Source: Haplodiscus bocki
Lineage: Eukaryota
DNA length: 64,000 bases
Direction: 5' to 3'
NCBI GenBank assembly: GCA_965655095.1
Contig: OZ296651.1
Coordinates: forward strand, 12,524,001 to 12,588,000
Positions 13,100-26,420 of the stretch are shown here, piece after piece. The translations under genes were made by a program, and so were the position numbers. The notes beneath the pieces were generated by a model. The model was given only the letters and a program-made list of their open reading frames with translations. It was not told where the DNA came from and ran no database searches. The number at the start of each line of letters is the position of its first letter. Position 1 is the stretch's first letter.

Positions 13100-13685
13100 T
13101 TACTTCTAAAAGGAGTTTTCGAAAAGTGTTTTTGATCTTACTTTCGTCACATGTAGAATTCCTTTTACCATTTAGTTACATAATTTCGTCATGTTTCTGC
13201 TTCTCACTAAAAAATTGCTGCAATTTCTCTTCCTCCTTCCTTCTTGGAAAAAATCGAACCTCAGCATACAAACTCACTAGCTTGCCCACATTGTACCGCA
13301 ACATAGTCACACCTAATTTTCTGTTTAGACAATCCACGAAGTCAGCTCTGGGCCAGTTTAAATTTTAATCTCTGTCTGTGGACCTGGTTGGTATCATCAC
13401 TGGTGATAAGCTTCCTTCTCTACCAAAGCTCTCTGCTGAGTTGACCAGCTGACTCTTCAATTGCATGGACTGGTTGAAACCTGATTTTTCCCTTGCAATT
13501 CTTCGTACCAGTCAAAAAGATTTCTGTCAACTTTCTTGAAAAATTTTGAGTTTTCTAACGAAGTAGTTGGAGTCATTTTCTGTCAAAGAATGCGTTTAAA
13601 CCTAACTTGATGTTTTGGTGTTTTCCAAAGTCCACAAAACTGGTACCAGTTGACGTTTTTAAAGAAGCAGTAGTGATTTGAGGCT
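13100..13685 (-). pseudogene. Polinton accessory ORF remnant, possibly PC4/Whirly-like ssDNA-binding protein
   Basis: 'FVDFGK...NDSNY...F...FNQSMQLKSQL...' and 'RKLGVTMLRYNVGKLVSLYAEVRFFPRRKEEEKLQQ' form two beta-rich + helix units reminiscent of the PC4 fold. By-eye call only. Confidence 0.35.
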
Positions 13686-14924
13686 TGGGTTAAGTTTGAT
13701 GTGATAGAGCGACGGTAGCTAAAGGAACTGATATTATTTTGAGAAACAAAGTTAAAGAAGGATCCTGGACCTGCAATTTGTTGCCTAATATGCTTTTTTC
13801 TTGGTCATTGGCACTTGATGTTTCCACGTAAGGATATTTGTGACGTTTTTGAACTCTGCTGGTTGTTTTCACGTGGTTTTTCTGTTTATGGAAAATATTT
13901 ATTTTGTTGGTAACAAAAAATAGTGCTCCTTTGTTTTTCAGATGCTTTCATTCAAAAAAAACTGAACACTTAGCGAGCAGCTGCAATGTTACAAGTGATG
14001 CCTAAAACTTTGGCAAATTTTTCAGAAAACAGTTTTTGTATTTCACAAACTCTTAAGAAAAATCACAATTTGAGTAGAGACTACTGTTTTGCCCGCCACG
14101 ATGACAATATGTTCGTTCTGCCCGATTGCAAATATCATAATTCACTTCCAGGTGGTGTTAAAGCCTTGGTAGAGAAACTGGACGCAATGTGCTTCACTTA
14201 TCAACTAAGTGACTGCCTCCACACATTTGTCAACCTTCGCTTCAGTGGAAAAATTCTGCTGGGTCTTGTCTTTGCATGAAGATTTGAGCAAATTGAAAAG
14301 ACTAAATTTGGATTGGAATTTAAAAATAAAGTAAACTGTTTTCTCGATGGTTATGATAATATTATCAAAAATTTAGTAAATTTCATAAAACATTCTTTTT
14401 ACTTAACCATTTTTTCAATTCCATAGAGACCTGTGAAGGTCAGTGGATAGAGCAAATGAAAAGGCCATCACAGCCACCATCAATCTCAGACCAAGGATGA
14501 AACTATCGAATAAAGAGACTCCACTTTTTGTTAGAAATTTAAAAAGTGGCCTTCCTTACATTCTGTTTTCAAATTTGACATCTTCAGGCTAGAACCAATT
14601 TTTACAAGGCATCAGATTTGGACTTGATTTTCCTCGTTCACCAGACTTCAAATTAAATATTTGCAAGGCTTCAGGTTTTGATATAGAAGTTTTTCGCCTC
14701 CTGAGATTTTGAAATGATTGAATTTTAAGACGTGAGTTTTTGAAGTGATCTTTTTGAGAATCACGTTTTCAAGAAAAAATAGTTTCTAAAAAAATATTTT
14801 TAGGTTTTTTAAAAATAAGATTTTGTAATGAAGTTCGCACTTAAAAATGAAAAATCACGATTTGACTCAATTTACTGCGCAAAAACGATTTTGTTTCAAA
14901 TTCTGTGCTTTTTCAAAAAGCATG

Positions 14925-17900
14925 ATTTTTAAGCAAACTTTTTCAAACAAAACTTTATGAATTTTTTTGGTGGTTTTTTGAAACAATTTCAGTCTTAGGA
15001 TTCAGATTTTGAGCTCTTACTTTTATAGGCATACGAAAATTGAAGTAATATTTGTACAACGTGTCAGCAGATTTTGAAATGAAATTCTTACAACGGGACG
15101 ATTTTGATTTGAAAGTTCTCCATCTCTTCTAATGGTAAGGGATAACATAGCTCCACCTCACGAACTTTTCACAATGTCTTCCGACAAAAATATAAACATT
15201 GCACCAGCAAACAACAGAAATCAGACAACTAAAACAAATAGCCACAAAGAAATAAAACTACAGTTGATCACAAACGGTGGAACTCCATCCACTGCTACGG
15301 GCTGCCAAAGATCACTCAACTAATCAACCGTGGCAACTGTTTCGTTGACTCGTCCGTCCAGTAAATAGGTTTTTTGAAAGAATTCAAAACTGAAGCGCAA
15401 TCCTTTCTTTTTACTCTCCATCGGTAACAATCAGGAAACCACTGGATACAAGTCTGTTATAAGTTGTTGGAATGTTGGTTGAAGATGCTGACTGGACAAA
15501 GAATCCCTATGGCGGTTGTAGTTGAGAGACATGGGAGCTGCCGGATCCTCGTCCCATTCACTGTACGGGTTCCAAACGATTTTTAGAGGTATTCATTTCA
15601 TCAATAGAACAGTTTTATTGATCGTTACTTGTGAGCCACTTCGGTTTTGCACAGGTTGTGGAACATTTTTACGATTATAATTGATCTGTCCGACTTTTGT
15701 GGAAACTTCAGCGTAAAAAGTTTTCCCACAATCAAAGTTTACATACGTCACGTTGTTCTCTTCATCAATGAACTGGACCAAGTCATCGAAGGAAACCGTC
15801 TTCTTGAAAAAAAGACCACACCATGATATTGAGTCAACTTCCGACGCATAATGAAAGAAAATTCTATCAATGTCGAATCTTAAGGAGAGTCTTGGGTTTC
15901 GTTTTAAAAAAACATCGCTTAATGGCAAAAAAGTCAAAGTCGACGAGGATTTTCAAGCAAACTTCTTCAAACAAAAACTTCTGGACTTTTTCAACCGAAA
16001 TTTGAAACAATTTCAGTCTAAGGATTCAGATTTTGAACTATTACTTTTATAGGCTGCCGAAAAGTGAAGTATTATTTTTACAACTTGTCAGCAGATTTTG
16101 TAATGAAATTCTTACAACGGGTCCGATTTTGATTTGAAATTTTTCCATCTCTTCTAATGTTAAGGGATATCATAGCTCCAACACACGATCTTTTCACAAC
16201 GTCTTCCGCCAAATTAATGTGAACAATTACAACCGAAAATATCTTCGTCAGCTAGATAATAGCAATCCCCGTCCAAGTTCAAACAAAAGTTGCTGTGCTC
16301 ATTTTCACAGTCGTTTTGAGATTTGATTGCTTAGTCTTGCTTTTGACTACTTTTTGAATAGGATTTTAATAAAATCACACATTAAGTTAACATGGAAATA
16401 CATGCACAGTTTTACCTTTTCGAACCGATTCAGGTTATTTTACTTCAACCAACAAAACAGAGGAGTGGAAGGTATGCCCAGCGTTCGAAAAAAAGAGAAA
16501 AAGTTTAAAAAAATGTTTTTGAGCTCTTTCCACAAGACAGATTCACCACAAATGAGTGATTCAAAAACTGTAGAAAGAATCGAGCACCTTATAAAGACTA
16601 GTTTTGAACTGGATTGAAAAAAATTGTGCGTTACATTTTAGATAGTTATGGTACTTATAGGTTTGATTTGATATACTTTAGACTAAAATCTCTACATAAT
16701 AAATTTGTTTTCAATTCCAAAAAATTCCGTAAATATTGTTTGGGTAGAGCAAATAATGGCCATCACAGCCATCACAGCCATCATCAGTCCCACAAAACTG
16801 ATGGAATCAAAAATTAAACGGACTCAACCGATTAACAGGAAAACAAAATTGAACATACCGCTAATTCTTCTTTCTATTTACAGAATATCATGGTAGCACC
16901 TGAAAACCAAGTTGAAAATCAGATGCTGACGTGGAAATTTTAAAACAAGTCAGAAATAGAATTGAGAAATTTTCGTCTTGTCAGATTTTTATTCGAAATC
17001 TTTTGCCAAAATCAAGTTTGGGGATGAGGTTATTTTTGAATATCAGTTTTTTATTCGAAGCTTTGGTAAAAACATATCAGATTTTGAACAAAAAGTACAT
17101 CTAAAGAACCATGTTATGATTAAATATACTCCAAAGAAGAATCTTTTTGTTTCACTTTTCGCGCTTTTTCAAAAGGCATGAGTTTCCGGGAAATTTTTAT
17201 AGAAAAAGTTGGATATTGAGTAAATCCTTTTCCGAAAATCCGAATTTGAGTTAAAAAATTTCACAGCGTGTCAAATTTTGAATAGGAACTTTTACAATAT
17301 GTCAAGTTTTGTAATGAAATTTTTACAACGTGCCAGATTTTTGTCAGCTCGTTCTACAAGCGTCGTTTCTTGGATCATCTTTCCAACAGGTGTCAGCTTA
17401 AGAAAGGATTGTTTTACAACCTGTCAAAAATTGAGTCTACCTTCTTTGCAGTATGCTATGTTCTTGTTCAATTATCCAATTATGGTACGTTCCGGTCTTG
17501 TATGTCCAATTTGCGTGGGTTTGAACGGTAGAATTTTTGTGTGAGGATAGAAATTGAGTCACCCAGCTGTGATCAACGTAACAACACATATTGAGACAGC
17601 CAATCTGATTCGACTGTGTTCATCAGGGTACTTGGGTAGGAAGTGGTATTTAACACAGTTCTACTAGAGACTCTGGGGTTTGCAATGTACAGAGAAAAGT
17701 AGTCTGGTTTTAATTACTCGTTTTTGATGGAGTCGTGTATTAAGAGAAGGCAGAGAGCCAAACTGTTCACGTATTGAAGTAAGGAATATGGAGAAGAGGC
17801 TGAGAAGATTTGCCTATTTGTATCTCAGTTTGGTGAGCTTTTCTAATGTACTAAGAAGTGTTGCGGCATGGGCTGGTTATGGGAGTGTTACCTTACATAA

Positions 17901-20900
17901 TAGTTGTTAGTGAAGTTTTAATTCCCAAACAAAATCATCAAAGAAAACAACAACAGTAAATTTTCAGGAAAAATATAAACGTTGCACCAGCAAACAACAG
18001 AAATCAGACAACTAAAACAAATAGCCACAAAGAAATACAACTACAGTTTATCACAAACGGTGGAACTCCATCCACTGCTACGGGCTGCCAAACATCACTC
18101 AACTATTCAACCGTGGCAACTGTTTCGTTGACTCGTCCGTCCAGTAAAACGGTTTTTCGAAAGAATTCAATAATGAAGCGCAATCACTTCTTTTTAAGTC
18201 CATCGGTAACAATCAAGAAAGCACTGGATACAAGTCTGTTATAAGTTGTTGGAATGTTGTTTGAAGATACTGACCGGACATAGAATCCCGAAAGGGGTTG
18301 TTGTTGAGAGACATGGGAGCTGCCGGATCCTTGTCCCATTCACTTTACGGGTTCCAAAAGATTTTTAGAGGTATTCTTTTCATCAATAGAACAGATTTAT
18401 TGATCGTTACTTTTGAGGCACTTCGGTTTTCCACAGGTTGTGGAAACTTTTTCACGATTTCAATTCTTCTGTCTGACTTTTGTGGAAACTTCAGCGTAAA
18501 AAGTTTTCCCACAATCAAAGTTTACATACGTCACGTTGTTCTCTTCATCAATGAACTGGACCAAGTCATCGAAGGAAACCGTCTTCTTGAAAAAAAGACC
18601 ACACCATGATATTGAGTCAACTTCCGACGCATAATGAAAGAAAATTCTATCAATGTCGAATCTTAAGGAGAGTCTTGGGTTTCGTTTTAAAAAAACATCG
18701 CTTAATGGCAAAAAAGTCAAAGTCGACGAGGATTTTCAAGCAAACTTCTTCAAACAAAAACTTCTGGACTTTTTCAACCGAAATTTGAAACAATTTCAGT
18801 CTAAGGATTCAGATTTTGAACTATTACTTTTATAGGCTGCCGAAAAGTGAAGTATTATTTTTACAACTTGTCAGCAGATTTTGTAATGAAATTCTTACAA
18901 CGGGTCCGATTTTGATTTGAAATTTTTCCATCTCTTCTAATGTTAAGGGATAACATAGCTCCAGCACACGATCTTTTCACAACGTTTTCCGCCTAATTAA
19001 TGGTGAACAAAAACAACCGAAATTATCTTCGTCAGCTAGATAATAGCAATCCCCGTCCAAGTTCAAACAAAAGTTGCTGTGCTCATTTTCACAGTCGTTT
19101 TGAGATTTGATTGCTTAGTCTTGCTTTTGACTACTTTTTGAATAGGATTTTAATAAAATCACACATTAAGTTAACATGGAAATACATGCACAGTTTTACC
19201 TTTTCGAACCGATTCAGGTTATTTTACTTCAACCAACAAAACAGAGGAGTGGAAGGTATGCCCAGCGTTCGAAAAAAAGAGAAAAAGTTTAAAAAAATGT
19301 TTTTGAGCTCTTTCCACTAGACAGATTCACCACAAATGAGTGATTCAAAAACTGTAGAATGAATCGAGCACCTTATAAAAACTAGTTTTGAACTGGTGAA
19401 CTGGATTGAAAAAAATTGTGCGTTAAATTTTAGATAGTTATGGTACTTATAATTTTGATTTGAAATACTTTAGACTAAAATCTCTACATAATATATTTGT
19501 TTTCAATTCCAAAAAATTCCGTAAATATTAATGGCTGGAGCAAATAATAGCCATCACAGCCATCACAGCCATCATCAGTCCCACAAAACTGATGGAATCA
19601 GAAACTAATTGGACTCAACCGATAATCAGGAAAACAAAATTGAACATATCCCTAATTCTTCTTTCTTTTTACAGAATATCATGCTAGCGCCTGAAAACCA
19701 AGTTGAAAATCAGATGCTGACGTGGAAATTTTAAAACAAGTCAGAAATAGAATTGAGAAATTTTCGTTTTGTCAGATTTTTGTTTGAAATCTTTTTCGAA
19801 AATCGATTTTGGAGATGAGGTTTTTTTTGAATATCAGTTTTTTATTCGAAGCTTTGGTAAAAACATATCAGATTTTGAACAAAAAAATACATCTAAAGAA
19901 CCATGTTATGACTAAATAAACTCCAAAGTAGAATCCTTTTGTTTCAGGTTTCGCACTGTTTCAAAAGGCATGAGTTTCCAGGAACTTTTTATGGAAAAAG
20001 TCGGCTTTTGAGTAAATCCTTTTCCGAAAATCAGAATTTGAGTTAAAAATTTCACAGCGCGTCAAATTTTGAATTTGAACTTTTACAGTATGTCAAGTTT
20101 TGTAATAAAATTTTTACAACGTGCCAGATTTTAAGTCAGCTCGTTCTACAACCGTCGTTTCTTGGATCATCTTTCCAACACGTGTCAGCTTAAGAATGGA
20201 TTGTTTTACAACCTGTCGAAAATTGAGTCTACTTTCTTTGCAGTATGCTATGTTCTTGTTCAATTATCCAATTATGGTACGTTCCGGTATTGTATGTCCA
20301 TTTTGCGTGGGTTTGAATGGTGGAATTTTTGTGTGAGGATAGAAATCGAGTCACCCAGCTGTGATCAACGTAACAACACATTGAGACAGCCAATCCGATT
20401 CGACTGTGTTCATCACGGTACTTGGGTAGGAAGTGCTATTTAACACAGTTCTACTAGAGACTCTGGGGTTTGCAATGTACAGAGAAAAGTAGTCTCGTTT
20501 TAATTACTCGTTTTTGATGGAGTCGTGCATTAAGGGAAGGCATAGAGCCAAACTGTTCACGTATTGAAGTAAGGTATAGGGAGAAGAGGCTGAGAAGATT
20601 TGCATATTTGTATCTCAGTTTGGTGAGCTTTTCTAATGTACTAAGAAGTGTTGCGGCATGGGCTGGTTATGGGAGTGTTACCTTACATAATAGTTGTTAG
20701 TGAAGTTTTAATTCCCAAAGAAAATCATCAAAGAAAACAACAACAGTAAATTTTCAGGAAAAAATATAAACGTTGCACCAGCAAACAACAGAAATCAGAC
20801 AACTAAAACAAATAGCCACAAAGAACAACAACTACAGTTCATCACAAACGGTGGAACTCCATCCACTGCTACGGGCTGCCAAAGATCACTCAACTATTCA

Positions 20901-23900
20901 ACCGTGGCAACTGTTTCGTTGACTCGTCCGTCCAGTAAAACGGTTTTTCGAAAGAATTCAATAATGAAGCGCAATCACTTCTTTTTAAGTCCATCGGTAA
21001 CAATCAAGAAAGCACTGGATACAAGTCTGTTATAAGTTGTTGGAATGTTGTTTGAAGATACTGACCGGACATAGAATCCCGAAAGGGGTTGTTGTTGAGA
21101 GACATGGGAGCTGCCGGATCCTTGTCCCATTCACTTTACGGGTTCCAAAAGATTTTTAGAGGTATTCTTTTCATCAATAGAACAGTTTTATTGATCGTTA
21201 CTTTTGAGGCACTTCGGTTTTCCACAGGTTGTGGAAACTTTTTCACGATTTCAATTCTTCTGTCTGACTTTTGTGGAAACTTCAGCGTAAAAAGTTTTCC
21301 CACAATCAAAGTTTACATACGTCACGTTGTTCTCTTCATCAATGAAGTGGACCAAGTCATCGAAGGAAATCGTCTTCTTGAAAAAAAGACCACACCATGA
21401 TATTGAGTCAACTTCCGACGCATAATAAAAGAAAATTCTATCAATGTCGAATCTTAAGGAGAGTCTTGGGTTTCGTTTTAAAAAAACATCGCTTAATGGC
21501 AAAAAAGTCAAAGTCGACGAGGATTTTCAAGCAAACTTCTTCAAACAAAAACTTCTGGACTTTTTCAACCGAAATTTGAAACAATTTCAGTCTAAGGATT
21601 CAGATTTTGAACTATTACTTTTATAGGCTGCCGAAAAGTGAAGTATTATTTTTACAACTTGTCAGCAGATTTTGTAATGAAATTCTTACAACGGGTCCGA
21701 TTTTGATTTGAAATTTTTCCATCTCTTCTAATGTTAAGGGATAACATAGCTCCAGCACACGATCTTTTCACAACGTTTTCCGCCTAATTAATGGTGAACA
21801 AAAACAACCGAAATTATCTTCGTCAGCTAGATAATAGCAATCCCCGTCCAAGTTCAAACAAAAGTTGCTGTGCTCATTTTCACAGTCGTTTTGAGATTTG
21901 ATTGCTTAGTCTTGCTTTTGACTACTTTTTGAATAGGATTTTAATAAAATCACACATTAAGTTAACATGGAAATACATGCACAGTTTTACCTTTTCGAAC
22001 CGATTCAGGTTATTTTACTTCAACCAACAAAACAGAGGAGTGGAAGGTATGCCCAGCGTTCGAAAAAAAGAGAAAAAGTTTAAAAAAATGTTTTTGAGCT
22101 CTTTCCACAAGACAGATTCACCACAAATGAGTGATTCAAAAACTGTAGAATGAATCGAGCACCTTATAAAAACTAGTTTTGAACTGGAGAACTGGATTGA
22201 AAAAAATTGTGCGTTAAATTTTAGATAGTTATGGTACTTATAATTTTGATTTGAAATACTTTAGACTAAAATCTCTACATAATATATTTGTTTTCAATTC
22301 CAAAAAATTCCGTAAATATTAATGGCTGGAGCAAATAATAGCCATCACAGCCATCACAGCCATCATCAGTCCCACAAAACTGATGGAATCAGAAACTAAT
22401 TGGACTCAACCGATAATCAGGAAAACAAAATTGAACATATCCCTAATTCTTCTTTCTTTTTACAGAATATCATGCTAGCGCCTGAAAACCAAGTTGAAAA
22501 TCAGATGCTGACGTGGAAATTTTAAAACAAGTCAGAAATAGAATTGAGAAATTTTCGTTTTGTCAGATTTTTGTTTGAAATCTTTTTCGAAAATCGATTT
22601 TGGAGATGAGGTTTTTTTTGAATATCAGTTTTTTATTCGAAGCTTTGGTAAAAACATATCAGATTTTGAACAAAAAAATACATCTAAAGAACCATGTTAT
22701 GACTAAATATACTCCAAAGTAGAATCCTTTTGTTTCAGGTTTCGCACTGTTTCAAAAGGCATGAGTTTCCAGGAACTTTTTATGGAAAAAGTCGGCTTTT
22801 GAGTAAATCCTTTTCCGAAAATCAGAATTTGAGTTAAAAATTTCACAGCGCGTCAAATTTTGAATTTGAACTTTTACAGTATGTCAAGTTTTGTAATAAA
22901 ATTTTTACAACGTGCCAGATTTTAAGTCAGCTCGTTCTACAACCGTCGTTTCTTGGATCATCTTTCCAACACGTGTCAGCTTAAGAATGGATTGTTTTAC
23001 AACCTGTCGAAAATTGAGTCTACTTTCTTTGCAGTATGCTATGTTCTTGTTCAATTATCCAATTATGGTACGTTCCGGTATTGTATGTCCATTTTGCGTG
23101 GGTTTGAATGGTGGAATTTTTGTGTGAGGATAGAAATCGAGTCACCCAGCTGTGATCAACGTAACAACACATTGAGACAGCCAATCCGATTCGACTGTGT
23201 TCATCACGGTACTTGGGTAGGAAGTGGTATTTAACACAGTTCTACTAGAGACTCTGGGGTTTGCAATGTACAGAGAAAAGTAGTCTCGTTTTAATTACTC
23301 GTTTTTGATGGAGTCGTGCATTAAGGGAAGGCATAGAGCCAAACTGTTCACGTATTGAAGTAAGGTATAGGGAGAAGAGGCTGAGAAGATTTGCATATTT
23401 GTATCTCAGTTTGGTGAGCTTTTCTAATGTACTAAGAAGTGTTGCGGCATGGGCTGGTTATGGGAGTGTTACCTTACATAATAGTTGTTAGTGAAGTTTT
23501 AATTCCCAAACAAAATCATCAAAGAAAACAACAACAGTAAATTTTCAGGAAAAAATATAAACGTTGCACCAGCAAACAACAGAAATCAGACAACTAAAAC
23601 AAATAGCCACAAAGAACAACAACTACAGTTCATCACAAACGGTGGAACTCCATCCACTGCTACGGGCTGCCAAAGATCACTCAACTATTCAACCGTGGCA
23701 ACTGTTTCGTTGACTCGTCCGTCCAGTAAAACGGTTTTTCGAAAGAATTCAATAATGAAGCGCAATCACTTCTTTTTAAGTCCATCGGTAACAATCAAGA
23801 AAGCACTGGATACAAGTCTGTTATAAGTTGTTGGAATGTTGTTTGAAGATACTGACCGGACATAGAATCCCGAAAGGGGTTGTTGTTGAGAGACATGGGA

Positions 23901-24313
23901 GCTGCCGGATCCTTGTCCCATTCACTTTACGGGTTCCAAAAGATTTTTAGAGGTATTCTTTTCATCAATAGAACAGTTTTATTGATCGTTACTTTTGAGG
24001 CACTTCGGTTTTCCACAGGTTGTGGAAACTTTTTCACGATTTCAATTCTTCTGTCTGACTTTTGTGGAAACTTCAGCGTAAAAAGTTTTCCCACAATCAA
24101 AGTTTACATACGTCACGTTGTTCTCTTCATCAATGAAGTGGACCAAGTCATCGAAGGAAACCGTCTTCTTGAAAAAAAGACCACACCATGATATTGAGTC
24201 AACTTCCGACGCATAATGAAAGAAAATTCTATCAATGTCGAATCTTAAGGAGAGTCTTGGGTTTCGTTTTAAAAGTACATCGCTTATGGGCAAAAATGTC
24301 AAAGTCGACGAGG
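14925..24313. repeat. Head-to-tail tandem array inside the Polinton: one deleted unit plus three ~2.79-kb units
   Basis: The identical junction 'gtcgacgagg|attttcaagcaaac' occurs at 15948/9, 18731/2 and 21522/3, and the array ends at 24313. Units are 2783, 2791 and 2791 bp. The first unit (14925-15948) lacks ~1.75 kb internally. The ORF track repeats with the same offsets. Confidence 0.95.
17255..17435. repeat. Degenerate ~31-bp minisatellite (ACAACGTGTCAGATTTTG...) within the Polinton, repeated in each array unit
   Basis: 'cacagcgtgtcaaattttgaataggaacttt / tacaatatgtcaagttttgtaatgaaatttt / tacaacgtgccagattttt'. Related 'tcagattttg' units are scattered over 14600-15110, 16020-16140 and 16900-17250. 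Confidence 0.7.
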
Positions 24314-26420
24314 TTGAGCATTGAATGTTGTTCAAAGGCAGACAAATTCGCGAAGTTTCACCTGCAGATGTTTATGTTGGTAGCTCGGAGACATCAGTTG
24401 TTGTTGAGAACGATTTCTAAAGAATCGATTTTCAGAGTTGCCGTTGCTGCTTTTAAACTTGTTAAACTTTCAACCAAGTGATAGGTATCTACTGGTCGGA
24501 TATTCAATCGATCCGGTACTGTTTCAACTACTTGTTCCCGTGAGTTTACAACATGCTGGCCGGACGGCAATATTCTTACTTTGTTGCGAAAGAGTTGTTT
24601 GGAATAACGAAAATTTTTTCACTCGTGTCGTTGGTTGAAGGTGTTTCTTTGATAACTTTTCATGAGAATGACCGCACCGATTTCTTTTTCAATTGCTCAG
24701 GGGCACGAAGTTGTGACAAGCAATCAGGATTGTCTGTTTTCAACTTTTATTCTGAAGTCTATTAACTCTTCTAAAAAAAAACAGAAAAACGTCTCTTTTT
24801 AAGTCGCTCTTTTGAGGTGCTTTTCTTGATGACAACCGACTGGATTAAATCCATCAGACGCGGGCTCAAACTACTCGCTGCCTATAACTTCTGAAAAGGA
24901 GCCCAGATAAAGTTTTTCAACCTTAGTCGCGTATTATCTGAACCTGTGTCTCGAAAATATTGCAGCTTTTCCTGAACGTATTGTTCGTCGAAGTTGTGTT
25001 TTTCATAACTAATTTTGGAGTTTGTCAGATCATGGCCGATTCGCTTTATATCTCGCTGGATGACTTCCGAAGTATCCGAAACGGGTTTTTTCAAACTTTC
25101 TCATTTTTGGTCCTTGACACAAAAAGATTTCCATATATGGAAATTTTTTTCCTTTTTTGTCATATACACCAAAGCCTTCCCAATAAGGAAAGTCTTTCAA
25201 TTTCTGGTGTCTTAATGCAAAAAACAACCCTTTTTGTTTATCAGATTCAGTTCCTCACAAAACTACATCACTTGCAGTTATTAGTTGGGCACTTTGAGCA
25301 TCAGAGCTGCCAAAACTAGCAACGCTTTTCTTTGGAGCAATCAGATTTAAACATTTCTCTTCGGTTAGTCAAATATGAAGTTGTGGTTTAATAGTTAGAG
25401 CCTTTGAATCATGAGAATTTTTCGCTGACAAATGCTTTCTTGCTTGTTATCGTTCTAGGGCTTTTAACTTCCGCACTACAACTTTTGTGCACGCTACAAG
25501 ACATAGTTTTTTGAAAGGTTTGATCAACATTTGAAACAAAAGTTCTCACGGTAAACTCGAGAGATACATCATCAATTTGAAAAATTTACTAAACCAATGT
25601 GTCTCAACTGCAGGGAAGGTTGTTCCATTTGATTGATTACTTTTGACAGGTTGTCTTCTTAGCGGGTGGAAAAGACTCCCATTGAATTATTCTCTCAAGT
25701 AGACTGTCACGATTTTAAAGAATTTTGCTTCAACTGACTATTTTCATCCAACAAAACGTTTCTGCTTGAGAAGACTAGAATTTTTTCAATCAGTTTTCTC
25801 CTTTAACCATATGTCGGCTGCTAAGAAAGAAGAATTGATTGAAAGCTCTTTTTACAATTTTGTGTATCGAAACTCCTGCGTATGAATAATTGAATCAGTT
25901 TTTTGTCAAGGTGATTTGAATGTGCCCTTCTTGTTACGGTCTTTCCATTTATGGTAAAAAGTAATGAGTGACTCTTGCGACATATTTTTTAATCATTTTC
26001 TCTGTTGTGGTCAAAATGATATGGTCTTCACAATTTTGTTAAAACTAATCCGTGTAAACTTTTTCACTAAAATACCTTCCCTCGATCACAACATAAATAA
26101 ATTTGTGAGGACTGTGGTTCTGAAAAAACAAAGGGGAACTGTGTATAATTCAAGAAAAGATTCTTTTTTGGGACCCTGTGCAGCTCTGAAGGATTCCTCT
26201 TCTGAACAATTTCGCACAACGAAATCTCTTTGAATCTTTCTCTCTCCCAAACTACTGTTGAACTATGCAACTTCACTATCCTGTGACAACACTTAGACAT
26301 TATCGAACGAGTAACTCCTGTTAAAAGCTGGAATTTGCGTTCATTCGGACAGGAAAATGAAATTGTCTCCTTCAAGCACTTACTGCCTTGATAAAATTGG
26401 AAACCTATATTCCGACTCCG
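23900..26420 (-). pseudogene. Cluster of decayed Polinton accessory ORFs of unknown function
   Basis: Co-oriented broken ORFs 24042-24335, 24882-25094, 25030-25227 and 26067-26375. The 24042-24335 reading frame continues past the array boundary only in the last unit. Confidence 0.4.

Noticed and set aside
16758-16792. His-rich peptide HHSHHSHHQSH
   Set aside because: It arises from a 9-bp microrepeat in a decayed ORF. There is no evidence of function.
17655-17675. 'tctact|agaga' as a joined-termini (circle) junction
   Set aside because: Flanks do not align with the TIRs on both sides, and the match is too short to support.
14925-24313. CRISPR array or rDNA-like repeat
   Set aside because: No repeat-spacer structure or rRNA motifs. 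The context is eukaryotic and the units derive from Polinton sequence.
24882-26375. Candidate pPolB of the Polinton
   Set aside because: No family-B polymerase or exonuclease motifs are visible.
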